Below, piece by piece: positions 25,313 to 40,000 of a DNA stretch of 64,000 nt. Origin of the DNA: Chrysomallon squamiferum (Eukaryota; Animalia; Mollusca); NCBI GenBank assembly GCA_012295275.1, contig CM022671.1, forward strand, positions 3,286,001 through 3,350,000. The letters run 5' to 3'. The notes beneath the pieces are model-generated. The model had not been told where the DNA came from. It searched no databases and worked only from the letters and a program-made list of their open reading frames with translations. A program made the position numbers and the translations under genes. Numbering within the stretch: the first letter of the stretch is position 1; each line of letters starts with the position of its first letter.

Positions 25313-27168
25313 GAATATTTGTTTTAAAAAGGCAGCATAATCAGACACCTTAGTGTTTTCTTTGTGTAGCATGTTAAATATTTTCTTTGTGAGAAGATGT
25401 GAATAATATAAGGCTCAATTGTTATTGTTTTTTGTACATGTAAACTTTGGAATCAGTTGTCGTGTATTGAATAAACTGATCTTCAAGTATAACTCATTTC
25501 TTTTTCTTGTATCTGGTCAGAGATAGAAAATCTTAATAAAATAAGACAGTCCCATAAGCTTAATAATCCTGCTTTCAAAATCATTTAAAAAAAATTTCAC
25601 ATCTGGGAACAGAAAGTACCAAACATCATGCACATTTGATGTTTAATATTAACTAGTAAAACACACTTCTTTTTTTTCAGAACTATAAAAAGTAAATATA
25701 AAAAACTGAAAATTGAAACCAGACAAATCATCAGGTGCAGTCAAGTCCCAATTATCCCAAATCAGTTGTTACTAACAGACTTTTGCTGAATCTTTATATG
25801 CAGAATATTTTATTTCAAAAATATTTTTGATTTGATCTTCTTCTTTTGTTTAATTATATATTATTATCATTTAATAATTTTAAATAAAATAAACTTCTTA
25901 CATATTTAAATGTATCTCCAATCATTAATTACTCCTTGGAATAAAGCTACCATTATTTCTGTGAAAATAAAGGAGTATCTTTGTATACAATCTGGTGAGA
26001 TCTGAAAACTTGTGGAATGTAGTTGATGTAAATCCTATTTACAACTTCATTCAGCTATATCAGCAGAGAAAAAAATAAACAATCATTTTTAAATGTTTTA
26101 ATACAATATCATTTACTTGGTCATTTAATATAAAATGAAAATACATTGCAACCATACAATCATTTTCAACAATAATAAACAAACGTAATAATATTAAGGA
26201 GAATACTAAAACAAAATTGCAGAATGTAAATAATTTTAATAATTTTAATATAACGATTCATTTTTTTAAATCATGCCCTCAAATATAAAACAAATTTAAT
26301 TAAAAAGTACATCTTTTCACTTTTTTGATAACAAATTTATTGATGGACATGAAAAACCCTGTAATCTTCTTTACACAATAATTTTGAGCCAACACTAAAA
26401 TTTTGTTTGTGAATTCTTTCAGCCACTTTTAAAAAAATGAATATAACCAGTTGGATACCCGCTTATTTCTTTTGTTTTGCAATATTAGATAAATATTTAT
26501 AAATAAATTGAATAGGTAACTGTAAATTGAGGCAGTGATGTAAATCACACAAACTGGCAGTGACTTCCCTGATCTTATCATTTATATCATATTGTGGTTT
26601 GAGTTGCAGTGTTGAATACTGATGTCATATCATTACTGTTTCTGCATGTGAAAATTCCTGTCATGTAATTCACAAAATGTTGTTACTGTTCTGTCATATT
26701 TGATATGTTATTCAAGTATGGCTATGACTATATGGTCTTCAGAATGTTTCAGTCATATCACAATTACAGCAGCAATGGTAACAGTCTTCACAACTGACTG
26801 CTACTGTCAGATGCTGTGGATACAGTTTCACTACTAACCTTCCCAATATGGTTTTCACAAAACATGGTCACACCATTCTAGTCTGGATGTTTCTTGTATG
26901 TTTTTGTCAAAATATTCGCAAATGAATATTTCTCCGTGTGTCACTAACTGTAAATGTGGTTAACAATCTTCACAATTCAACATTCTTATCACATGCCTTG
27001 GTAACAGTTTTCACAATTGCACATCCCTGTTATACACGACTCAGATTTTCTTACAACATTCAGATCTGGATGTTTCTTCTGTTCCTGATATTTAATTTGG
27101 TTACAAATTCACATTTAAAAGTTTTTCTCTCCCTGTGATCACATGTAGAGGTTTCAGTTTGTTGTTGT

Positions 27169-27442
27169 TTACACCTGAATATTTATGGACTGTAAAACTT
27201 GTCTCTCAGAGTCATTGTGATGAGCACGAAACATTGAAAAACATGGCTGCTGGGACAGAGACTGAAGAAATTCAGTCAGATATGCCTGAAAAGGAGAACA
27301 ACATCAAATTTCAGTTACATATTTTTAACACATTTTTATCACGTGTAATACTGCAATGTATGTAATAACTAACTTAGTTTTATATACATCTGAAAAAATG
27401 GAATCAAAAATAATGCTATCATATATTTTAGAATATACATTT

Positions 27443-27473
<31 letters not shown>

Positions 27474-30400
27474 TCTGCACAAGTAACAAAATATAATTTT
27501 TAACTCCATCTCAGTTTAAGTAATATGTTTATTATTATGTCAAGTAACTAACTGATAAATTTACCTGCAGGTTGATTTGACTAACTGGATCTGAAAGCGC
27601 ATCAGGGTCATCTTCCTCTTCCTCATCATCCATAGCAAGACCTGGGAGGGGGGGAAAAATTAATAAAGATAATAAATAATAAAAAAAAAATTATATATAT
27701 GTATCATAATAATAGTAACTCAAAAAAAAAAAAATAATAATAAAAATAAATAAATAAATCTTTGTCAGTTTAAATAATTTTAAGATAAAGCTGTAATGAG
27801 GCCTTGAAAAACCTATACACATTATTTAAACATATTTATGCATACCGTATATACTTGTGTATAAGTTGAATTTTTGGGAGACTATATTAAGGTAATATTT
27901 TGGGGGTCTGGTAATGCTTTTGAAAGACTCGCCATTTTGACTATTTTTTTTTTCACGGGATGCATCTAAAATAATCTTTCAGCTTTTCAAAAATAAAATT
28001 TTATCATATAAAAAATTTTGAAAAATTAAATAACAAAACCAAATATGAATGTAAATAATGATATTCTTCCGTTTAAAAAAAATACATTTTAAAGCAAGAA
28101 AACTGTCAATAAAGATTGCAATGATCTAGGAATGCAACTTCTCTGCCAAATTGCACTAAATAAAAAAACAAAACTCACTTGTGTAATTGTAAAGAATTTG
28201 GTGAAATAATATTGCAATCATTAATATCCATAACCGTCAAAACAAACTTTTTTTTTCTGCAACAAAAATCAGTTCAACTTCTCGCCATATTTGTTATTCT
28301 AAAAAGTTATAATAAATAGGATCGGGGCGTCTTTGTAAGAGTTTCGAAAAAAAAATAAGGTTCCAAATTATCTTTGAATTGCAGTTTAAATAAAGTTTAA
28401 GATAAATGTAGGCCTTCATGGCACTGTCACACTGGTCTAAAAATAGTGACGGTGCCTGGAAAAGTCGACTTATACACAAGTAATATTAAAATTAATTTTT
28501 GGTCTTAAAATACAACTATACATATATATATCTATATACATATTTTTATACACAATCTAAAAAAAACAAAAAAAAACAAACTAATAGATCATGTACAGGT
28601 AAAATACATACCATGATAATCACCAACAAAATCATCTAAAAGACTAGACAGAGGTTGTCCCAGCACTGCTACATCATCATCATTGTCATCTTCTTCTTCT
28701 TCCCAACCATCATCCTGAAACAGTCACATGTCTAATTGTAACTGTCTTACTTAGTAAATTTAATAAAGGTTAAAAAAAAATAAGAAGAAAAATTTAGATA
28801 TATTATAAACATACCCCATAAATATGTAAACAATTTACTTCTATTAAAATACCAGCATATTATAGAGTGGGTGTGAATTTTGAAAAATTCTCTAACATTT
28901 AACTGACACAAAATGGTGGATATGGTGATATTCACCTCGAGATCATCTTCGGCTTGCTTAGACAGATCAGACTCAATCTGGTTTGACAGCTCATTAATAA
29001 GAAGTTTGTACACTTTCACCATCACAGGAATATTTGTCCACTGCTCAGGACCTGGTGATACAAGCAATGAACCTCATTAATATTTAAATAGCTATGCAAT
29101 CAAACATTCCAGCAAATAAAGGGAAAAAAAGGAACGAATGAAAAAAGACACAATCTCAGGTATGTTTTATTAAAAGCATCAATTTTGATAAAGGTAAACT
29201 TTAAATGTTGAAAATTTTAATAGTTTTGCATATATTTACATTTTTTCAGGATTAAAAAGATTCTGAAATTGCCTGTAAATAAAACATGCACATGCATATA
29301 TAAAATAAACTCTAATTTTATATTATATTTTTGTAGAAAAGTCAATGCTTTCAAAATTAAACATTAAAATAAAATATAAAAATGAAATATAAAGGTGAGT
29401 ACTTTGAGAAGATTTTGATCTCGTGCGTGTTCCCCCATTTTGTTGAAAAATCTGTTCTCCTTTCACTGTGATATCCTGAAGTCTGGGGTCGTTTGTAGCA
29501 ACAGCATGTTGCAGTAGCTTACAGAGAGCAACAGCACTGAAAATATGTAAATACTTCAAAAGTTTACAATGGATATTAAAAAAAAAAAAAGAAAGGTATA
29601 TTTTGATATTTTAAAACTGTAATTTTAAATCAGTATGAAAAAAAAGAATAATTATTATTTACAATCACCTCCAACACATTTTTCATTTTGAAGAATGGTG
29701 CCATTTAAATCATAATTAATAAATAAATTTCTTACCATTATCCATGAATCATTAAAAATCAAAAACTGCAGGAATCAAACAATAATAACTTCCTAAAATA
29801 TTATCATACATAATTAAAATGTATAAGTGGTATTAAATGCAGATAAATAAAGAAATCAGACAGATTATAAAACTTGTCTAAACTTTCTCTTTTCTCTAGT
29901 CATTACATCATCCTTTTCTAACATCTCTCTCTTTAAATATTATTATGTGTAACATATCTGAAATAAGAAATAAATTACCTGATTTTTCTCTCGTAATTGC
30001 CATAGAAGAGATGTTGTCTTGAACACCACTCAGTGAGAACAAACTCTAGCGCTGGTTTGCCTGTAGGTCCTGGAACACTGGTGAGAAAATCCAACACAGC
30101 CTCCAGCTGTGTGTTTATCAGATGTGCAAACACCATCACAAGACTCTGCAACAACATAGAGATCTCCACAACAATATAAATACCCTTCATTTATTTTATT
30201 ATTAGTGTATGACAGGGATACACAATCTGTCGAGAATCATAAAATCATAATTGTTTTTTACTGATGACCATTTTACTTAACCTTAATTTATTCATTATCT
30301 AGTATTAACTCCATGATACCAGAATATACTCAGAATATCTCCTGCCACCCAAAACTTCACAACTCTTCTACTGCCTGCTCATAAACTGAATTAACACAAC

Positions 30401-32464
30401 TCATATCTGAAATTATCAACATGCCCAAAAGATGAGATTATCTTCAAGATACTGACTGCTCAGTATATGTCATTGGTTAATCTAACACCTGAAACACTAC
30501 ACCAGCTGAACAACCCTCTCTGCCTGTGTTATACCTGACTTTTTGAGAAACTCACCTGCATCACACTCAGTGTTTCTGCTTGCTGCATCTTGCTCAACAC
30601 AGCTCGCAGTATGAGATCCAGGTTCTCTCCCAGCTGAGTACCAACTTTACTGATCACCACGGAAACCAGTCGACCGACAAACGAAGCAGTGTACTCGGAC
30701 GTCTTTGGGTCAAGAATTTTACAAATGACTTGAATTATATAAAACAGCCCGTTCTTACCTGCAAACACAAACATCAAATACAGCTACATTAATACTTCTG
30801 ATTTGTCTCTTAGCATTTTCCATTTCTTTGTGACAGACAGAAGACACAGAAACTAAGCAAACATTTACTTGGTCTACAAATTTTTATCAAATTTAATTCA
30901 CTTTCTAGGATTTAATTTTCTTTATATCAAATAATATCACAATAGGAATAACAACACACAACAATATTTAGATTTGTTGTAGTTTATTAATATAAAAGGC
31001 TGTTTTTTAGAAATGATAATACACACCATGATCGTCCTGCCAGTTTATAATCTGTTCTAGACCCACTGACGTGTAAGCTCTGAGACATTCACCTCCACTC
31101 TGAAAACATACCAAAAAACCACTTTAAATATCATAACACAACAAACACAGTAATTAAAACTGCCACCCATAGAAATAAAACTGTGTCAGTTTATAAGAAA
31201 AATAATATAAAAATATGGCTATACTCTTGTCTGTAAGAAACTACTGAAGCCATTTTGTAATTGTTAAGAGAATAAGGTGATGGAAATTAGCTCGTGTATT
31301 TACCTGCAATGTACGTATGTATAAATGAAATACTTGTACTGTACTTGTATGTAAACTTTTTATATCTATTATATATATGTGTAAATGAAAAACCTATACT
31401 GTACATGTAAAAAATGTACCTGTATAAACTATTTACCTGTACTATATTGTATAAAGTATTTATCAGAATGCTACTGCGTGTAAACTTTTACCTGTATTGT
31501 ACACATGGAATCTACATACCTGAATTGTTGAGTTGTCGTCAGTTTTCATGATACACTCAATGGCTACAGGAAAGGCGTTTAACAAGTAAGCTGAGATGTG
31601 TCCTTTACTACAGCGCACCAGTGTTGTGAGAACATCCAGCACCACCTACACATAGAAACAGAATTTGTCACAAAAAACATTTCTTTTTACTTCAGTGTTC
31701 AACTTTGACCACAAAACACAATATAAAACATCAAACATAGTCATATACTAAGATTACACACACATTAAAGGTTCAAACTTCAAGATACAATCCTTAAAAC
31801 TGAATATGGTCATTTTTAAACACATGTTTTTCTATGGTATTCAGAATTCAGTATTTAACAGGCTTTGTAATACTGAATATACTGAAATGATTTTATGTTT
31901 TCTATGATATTAAGGATTCATAGTTTAACCCATTGACAAACTTAGTAATACTGGAGTCACATAAATACATTTTCCTGTTTTTAAATGTTTTTGGTTTACA
32001 TCATGTTTCTGTAAATGCTGTGCTATAATTAATTCTCTTGCTGGATACTAGTAAAATGGTGGCAAAAAATGTCCCTATCTCTAGTAAATTACAAAACCTC
32101 ATAAACAGTGATATAAAAATATAGTAAATGGAGTACTTACTGATGTCATTCCTGGTAATACTTTATCTGACGGAGCTCTCAGAATACTGACAAGAGTTGG
32201 GACAAGTTTCTGCTCTAGTGGAGCAGAACAACCCTCATTGCTGGCCAGCTCCTTGAACACATCCTGAACTAGTGATACTATATAAGGATCTGAAAAAAAA
32301 AAATATTTAATTTTAAAAATTAAAAAATTGAACAAACAAAAAATTAAAAAATGTTTTTTTTTTTTTATAAATTAAAAAAAAACATTAAATTCAAAAAAAC
32401 ACTCTTTGATTAAACCTAAACATTGTATTAGTTATTAGCTTAAAATTCAATAATGAATATGATA

Positions 32465-32495
<31 letters not shown>

Positions 32496-35400
32496 TGGGT
32501 CATTCCGTGTCAAATCACCCCCAAAAAAAAGAAATTTAAACCCGACCGTCTCAATTTTTATAAAAACTTGGTATTTGTTGACTGGGATCCCACAGCACCA
32601 AATTATGTTAGCCCAATCAGACCAGTGGTGTGGTAAAATTCAATTTTGAGATTTTTGCCAAAAATGGGTGTGACCACCAACCTTAGAACCCTATATCTCA
32701 GGAACTAAAAAAAAAAAAAAATTTTTGTTTATTTGGAAAATATTGGAATTGACCTTTTGATTTGCTATTTTAAATAATTGGGTGATTTGACCGGAATGAC
32801 CCATATATATTATTGTGACCACATTATTCACTCATTTTTATCAATTAGTAATACCTTATTTATTAATATGTTATTAATCTAGAAATGAGATTTCAAGACT
32901 GAAGTTAAAGCCTGAGCTGGAGAATAGAAAATTCAAAAGAAAATATTTTACCTCCACAGTGCTTCAAAAATACAGCTATAGCTAATGGAGACAATTTACT
33001 TTCATGAGAGGCTGTAAACGCAGGATCTACCTATAAAAAAAACAATGAAAAAACCCAACATATTAACAAAATATATAACTAAAAACTAATTTTATAAATA
33101 TTTAAACAGTTGAAGATGTTTTATTGCAACATAACTGAATCAATTTTAGTCTATTTTTTGTTAATATTTTTCTATTATTTATTACGTGGCTTTCATTGTA
33201 AATTTAATAATACCATTAATTCACACTTACTGATATCACTACAGTCAAAGTCTCTATACACAAACCAAGCACTTCAGCTGAAAACTGTGTTGCTATGGTG
33301 ATTAATCCATCCAGTATGTTGGACAAGAAAGGAAGGAGAAGCTGAGTGCTGTTAGAAGTTTTCAGATGATCGCAGTATCCAAACACTGCCCTGACAGCAG
33401 AAATACGAATCATAGGGGGCTGAGTAGGGTGCAGGCCCCCTACAGTCGCCTGCAAAAACCTGCAAACAAGTCAGCCATGTTTATAACAGATCATTTTGTT
33501 TTTCACTTTCAGACAAATAATTTTAATTTAAAATGATTATATAAAGATAGTGTTGAAGACTTTTGAATTCCAAATTTTTTATTTTGTAATTTGTTTCACT
33601 GTAAGACAGAGCTGTGTAACTTGAGGACTGGCCAAATGTACGGATGATTTCAGGATTCTGATATCAAGCTGGCAAAGGTCTGTGCTTTCCAGACTATGTT
33701 TTTTTTAAAAGTAATCAATTAGGTTAATCATACACACTGGTGAACAAATTATTACTAATTTCTCTTATAATCCTTTCCAATTCAATAATCCAGCAAAAAA
33801 ATTATGAAATACAAAAAATAAAATAAACAAACAAATACAAAAATAAATAAATAAATAATTGGTTTTTAAAACTGGAAACTATGAATTATTTTACAGTGAA
33901 TGAAATTACCTTTGTGTAAAGTCTGGAGTCATAACTTCAACAAAACGGCTAGAAATCCACAAACACCGTCCAATTAAAAATGGAGAAACTAGAAACAAAA
34001 TAACATCAATTCATATCAGTAGTCATATATTACCTGCTTAGAAAACATTTTAAATAATGTATTCCTACATTCTTTAAAAGAAAATTAAACACTGACTAGT
34101 TTTTTGAAGAATTGTATATGTTCAATACTAATAAGAAGAAGAATAAGAATAAAAATAATAATAACAATAAAAATTACTCTATTCAATATCTGTATCAGTC
34201 TTATTCCTATTTAAGGTTGTAATTTCTTTTTTTCTTTTTCTTTTCTCTTTTTTTTTGCAATGCAACAGATATACCTCAATTCAATTCTTTTAAAATTTCA
34301 AATCATAAAAAAATAAAGTCAAGTTTTAATTTTCCTTAAAACACATGTACCATTACTGTTCATGTCGACAAGAACTACAGACTCTAGAAACACTGTGACA
34401 TCAAACTGTACTTTTCCTGCCTGCACAGCCTCCAACACCATGTGTTTTACACTTCCCAGAGCCAACATACACGATTCATGAACCTTCCACCTACAAATAT
34501 TAAAACAGTCATGACTTTTTTGTTTTTTAAATTCCTGTTAATCAAAGTGTACTTGTAATTATATCAACAAATATCATATTACAGTGTGCCAGCCATATTA
34601 AAGCTATGAGTACTTGGACGATTAAAAAAAAAAAAAAATACAAGATAAAAAACTGAAATGTTTTGTACAAAGCCTGATTATTTACTTTTTAATTATTTAT
34701 TTTAGTATATGTAGTTTATTTATTTACTAGACAGTCTCACCAGTGAACATTTCCGGCACTTTTACTTGTCTCGGCTTCCTGTAAATGTTTAGTGATGGCC
34801 TGACAAAGAGCAGGTGCTGTGTCATTTCTAAACTCACTCGCTAAAGACTGGATCAGAAGTGAAAAGTTGTAAATATAACTTTCATAAAATAAATAAATAA
34901 AATTAACTAAAAATAAAACCAACATGTAAAGATAAATTTTGGCAACAACAATATCATATTTAAAAAAATAACATAAAAACATATTTAAAAAAAAACACTT
35001 AAAAATGAAGGGAAAAAACCTACAAAAAAAATACCTTTTTTCAGTACAGGGTTGGTTCTACTGAAATTTATTTTTTAGGATAACCGATAAATTAGATCAA
35101 TGAATTATTATTTAAAACAGAAAAAAACAAAACACTCAGTCTGTTAAGACATTACCATCACAGCAGTTACTGTATTTAGTTTTTAGCTGACACATTTGTG
35201 ATATAAACAGGTAAAGAACTAACAAGAAGCAAATCCTGAGCTGAAATTCGAACTGAGTATGAAAAACTGTCATCATCTTCATCTTCTACAAACTGGTCTG
35301 GATTGGTTGTCCACAATCGAATCTTGAAAAAATAAAAACGAAGTACAATAAAAACACAGTTACATAATTAACAAACATATATGATATATATAGATACACA

Positions 35401-36990
35401 GATAACTTTACAGATGTACACCTTTCTTTTTACAAATAGAGTTTTGCAATGATTTACTCAGGGAAAACATTTTTCTTTTTTTTAATCATTGTTTTTGTTA
35501 TTGTCTCTTTTCTGTTGTTCTTTTCTTTTCTTTTCTTTTTTTTTTTTGGCAGATGGGTGGAATATTTTTAAAAACATTTTCTACACTAAAAAAATAAAAC
35601 CCCCAGAAAACACCAGTCTTCATGTATCCAGCCAAGTCCTTGTTTACTGACACTTGGTTATTATCAATTATTGGTTGCTACTACAAATAAAATACCATAT
35701 TCTTATATAAAAGATTTTTAGGCTATGTACAAAAAAAAAACCCCAAAAACAAGTAATATTAAATGTTTTAATAAATGAAAAGATAACTTGATTTACCTGA
35801 TCTTCAGTCATCTGCATGTAACTGATGACGTAATACAGAATCTGATCCACTGTCTTTTTCACGGTTGAGCGGAACTTGGACGATTCAATCAGAGCGTGAA
35901 CAAAATCAAATACACCATAGACCAAGTTTTCAAAACCTAGAATATCACCTGCAGAATAAAAATAACAAAGTATCTTAAATAAATAGTAAAAAAAGAAAAA
36001 AATTATATTTTAAAATAAAGTAATAAATATGTATATATTTTTTTTTTTTTTCTTTTTAGACTAATTAATGCTTATATAATTACAACACACTGACTTATGC
36101 AAATTCTCAGTACAAAGAATGAATAAATAAATATTTATATAAAATATTATTATTACATTTTGTCTTTTTAGACTAAATAATGTTTACAATTTCAATACAC
36201 TGATACATGAAAATTCACAATACAATGAAAAATTACAACATTAATGAGCGCAATATACAGAAATATTTTTAATGTAAAATGCTACTATTTAACTCAACAT
36301 AATAAACAATAGCACATGTAATTTAATAAGAAAAAGCAGCTAAATGTATGTGATGAATTATTTAGTTCGAAGACAACATGATTTAGTGTAATGTACAATA
36401 AAAATAAACTAACCGTCAGAGTCTATAGGATCATCAGCTTCATCTGTATTATTAACTACAGTTCGAATATATCTGGTGTCAGTTAAGAATTTCATTGCTA
36501 AATACACCAGCCTCATAAATGCACTCATATAATTTTGACTAATGTGAAAAGCAAAAAGAAATAAAAGAAATAAGTAATACAAAAATGTGAAATAATAATA
36601 ACAAAAAATAATCTTGTTGATGATTATGATGAAGACTAATAATGATGATGAAAATCACAATAATAACAATGTAAATGATAATAATAATCACAATAAAAAC
36701 AGACAGAAAGAAACCAGAGAAGGATACACATCGGAACTTTGAGTGAAAATTGTCCATATAGAAGGAAGAATCTGTGGCAAGTACTGCCCCATTGTTTTAG
36801 GAAAGTTTTTAACAACTGTTGTAATACTCTGTAAAATATAAAAACATTTGGCAATTAATTTTTTTAATTGATTGATTTAATTTTTTTTTTTTTTCATAAA
36901 TCATATAATTTCATCTCTAATAATGTAAGTAAATAAATCTTGAAAGTTATGATAATGATTATAGTAATATAAAAAAATAATAATAAATTC

Positions 36991-37027
<37 letters not shown>

Positions 37028-40000
37028 AATAAATAGCAAAGAACACATCAGTCAGAATTACTTTGACAATTTCCATTTTTAGACCACTGTCAGAAGTATG
37101 ACCGTCAGGCATTTGTAGTCCTTGCACTAATGCTTCTGTGAACTGTGGCAGGATTGGGAAAAGCAGCTGTTTGGCAACTCCCTGAAATAAAACATATATA
37201 CATGACATTAATTACAAAAACAACAACAATAAAGAAACAATTAAAAAAAATTAAAAAAAACATTCAAATTGTTCGTTTGTACTCTTAGAAAAAATTAGTA
37301 AAAACTAAAAACAAGAAGTGTATGTATAAATGACTATTTCACAGACATTTTAAGTGTTAATTTAATCTCAACATATCTATTCAATAAAATAAAAAATAAA
37401 TAAAACAATTTATCTTCCCTTCTTTCCTTTGAATAAACTGATTTACAAAAACTGCAAAAAGCTTTGTCAATTTTGTATTGAATGAAAATAAAAATGGTAA
37501 CTTCACAAAAATGATATTACCCACAAAAAAAAAACATAATTAGTATCATTCCAGCATCACTTAATATTATGCAGCAGACATTATGTTATAAATAAGTAAA
37601 ATTGTAAATTTTAAAAACTAATCACCTTTTGCAGCTCAGACATTGTTGCAATCATTCCTGCACAGATGTTAAAAATGTGTACCGCTCGACCCCTTGTTCT
37701 GATGGTAAATGTCTGAAATTATACAACAGCAATGTAACATAAAATACACACAGAAACAGCTTGTTTTTTTTACTAAAACTTCTTTATCATAATCTGACAC
37801 TGTTTCACAGTTTCGTGTCATAAGTATACTCATCTAAATAGACAAACATTTTCACTAATCACAATAAAAATGATTTCTGAAGTATGTTTAATTTATGAAA
37901 CATGCTGTTGCTAAACCTACCATACTGGCAAACAGTCATCAAAAGAAAATTAAAATGGTTATCTGTCAGCAGCAAAACATAATGTAGGTGAACCATTCAA
38001 CAATAAGACATTAGGTTCCATGGATGCCGATATATTCACAATGCAGTCATGGAAATGAATGGCCTACAGGAATCATGGAAATAACTCTATAGTTAAAAGA
38101 TCAGATGTTATAATCAGTTAGCAACTAAATAAGATCCTGCTCTTTGTTTTGTTTTTTGTCTGAAAACATTCAATACTCACATCAGCTGCAATAAATATCT
38201 TGTACATTTCTGGTAGAATAATTGGTGCTACATGTGTGATCTGGGTGTCTGTAATATCCTGGCAAAATTCTGAAAATAACAGAAAATACTGTACAGACTT
38301 CTCCTTATAAGTTAGAATGGGATAAAATGTTAAGATTGATAACATCCTATAACTCTCCCTATCAGTAAAACAGTCTTTAACGTATATACACTAAAATTTA
38401 TGAGGTTATAATAAGATATAATGCAAAGATTTACAAATGTTTCCATGGAATATAAAGATAATTTTCCCCAAACCTGACAACACTCTCATAGCCCCATGAA
38501 CAGCATTGGTGTTTCCACTGGTCAGTGCTTGCATGAGAATCTCAAACAGATTTGGCCACACCTCTGGCCAGTCCCAATGTGCAATGGCTGACATGGCGTA
38601 TGCAATACTTGAACGAACCTTGCTGACTGATTCATACAGACCTTGTGGTAACAGCTCACGTATTCGCTGCTTTGCCTGAAACATCATATAAAAATAACAT
38701 AAATTAAACAGTTTTACAAGATTTCAAAAAATATTACCTGGACACTTGAACACAACTAAATACAAATAAATAAAATAATGACAATAAAGTAACCAGTATT
38801 AGGAAAAACTGCAAGAAATGAATTTAAGAATTAAAATATAAATTAAGTGTCAAAGATACTGGAAACAAATTCAAACATTCTAATATTTATGTTAGGTTGA
38901 AATTTTCAGCTAATATGAACTATTAAGTAGTAAAATATTTATAACTAATCAGACACATTTGTTTTAACAATTTACACATGCAGGGCTCGAAATGGCCAGT
39001 CACCAGGTACCAAATTAAACCGTAGTGTTGTTGGGCAACTGGGAAAGGTAACAAATTATGGGTTAGTTGCCCTAAAAATAATATAACACAAGATCCACTA
39101 TTAATAATTTTATTCCAATTATTTATTTTACATAAAAGGTTTGCTCACAGTTCGATAAATTGAACATAGTGGCTTGCCTTAATTTGCAAACATGTATTTA
39201 TAAACACAGATATGCATGTAGTTAACTGTAGTCTTGATAAACAAAACCATGAGTCTCGCTGACCCAGTATTGTAAAACTGATTGTGACCATTCTGATCAT
39301 CTCAGCTGAATACACAGACAAATGTAAACCTTCCCAAATGCTGTCTTTGCTTCTGTCGTCTGCTTCATGGCCTTCTAATTTCTTGATATTTTTTCTCTTT
39401 GTAATTGATTTGTTTGATTTCTTGGTTAATTTGGGGACTATTGAAAATAAACTAATCTTACTTCAAAAGTTAATGATCAAATAAACTTCTTTTTTTTTCG
39501 CTTAAAAGCTGGAGCATGAATGTATTTTGTTTGGGCTACCAACAACAAATTTCAGCTACTGAATTGTTTTAAAAATTTGTTTTTTGGACAACCATACATT
39601 TCAGACAGCTTTTGAGCCCTGCACATATATTACTCTAAGTAACATCAGAATCAAATTTGAAAAAAAAAATAATAAACTAGATTAATCGATAAACACATTC
39701 TTCTCTGCAGAATGAACATTTCTTATTTTTTAAAATAAAGTTTTACAAAATTACATACTGTATCAACAGTCTCAGGTGGTCTGAACTTTTCTGAATGCTG
39801 ACTCCAATGAGCTTCAACATACTGCTTGAGTAAAACCGAGGCCAGCTGGCGAATGGCCAACAGACCATTTGTGTCAATGGTTATCTCTGCTAAGTGTACA
39901 CCAAATTCTGAAAATATAAATCAATTTATTTGAATTAAAATTTCTGGAAGAAAAAAGTAGTGCATACAACATTTTATAAGAGTAATATACAATTTTTTTT

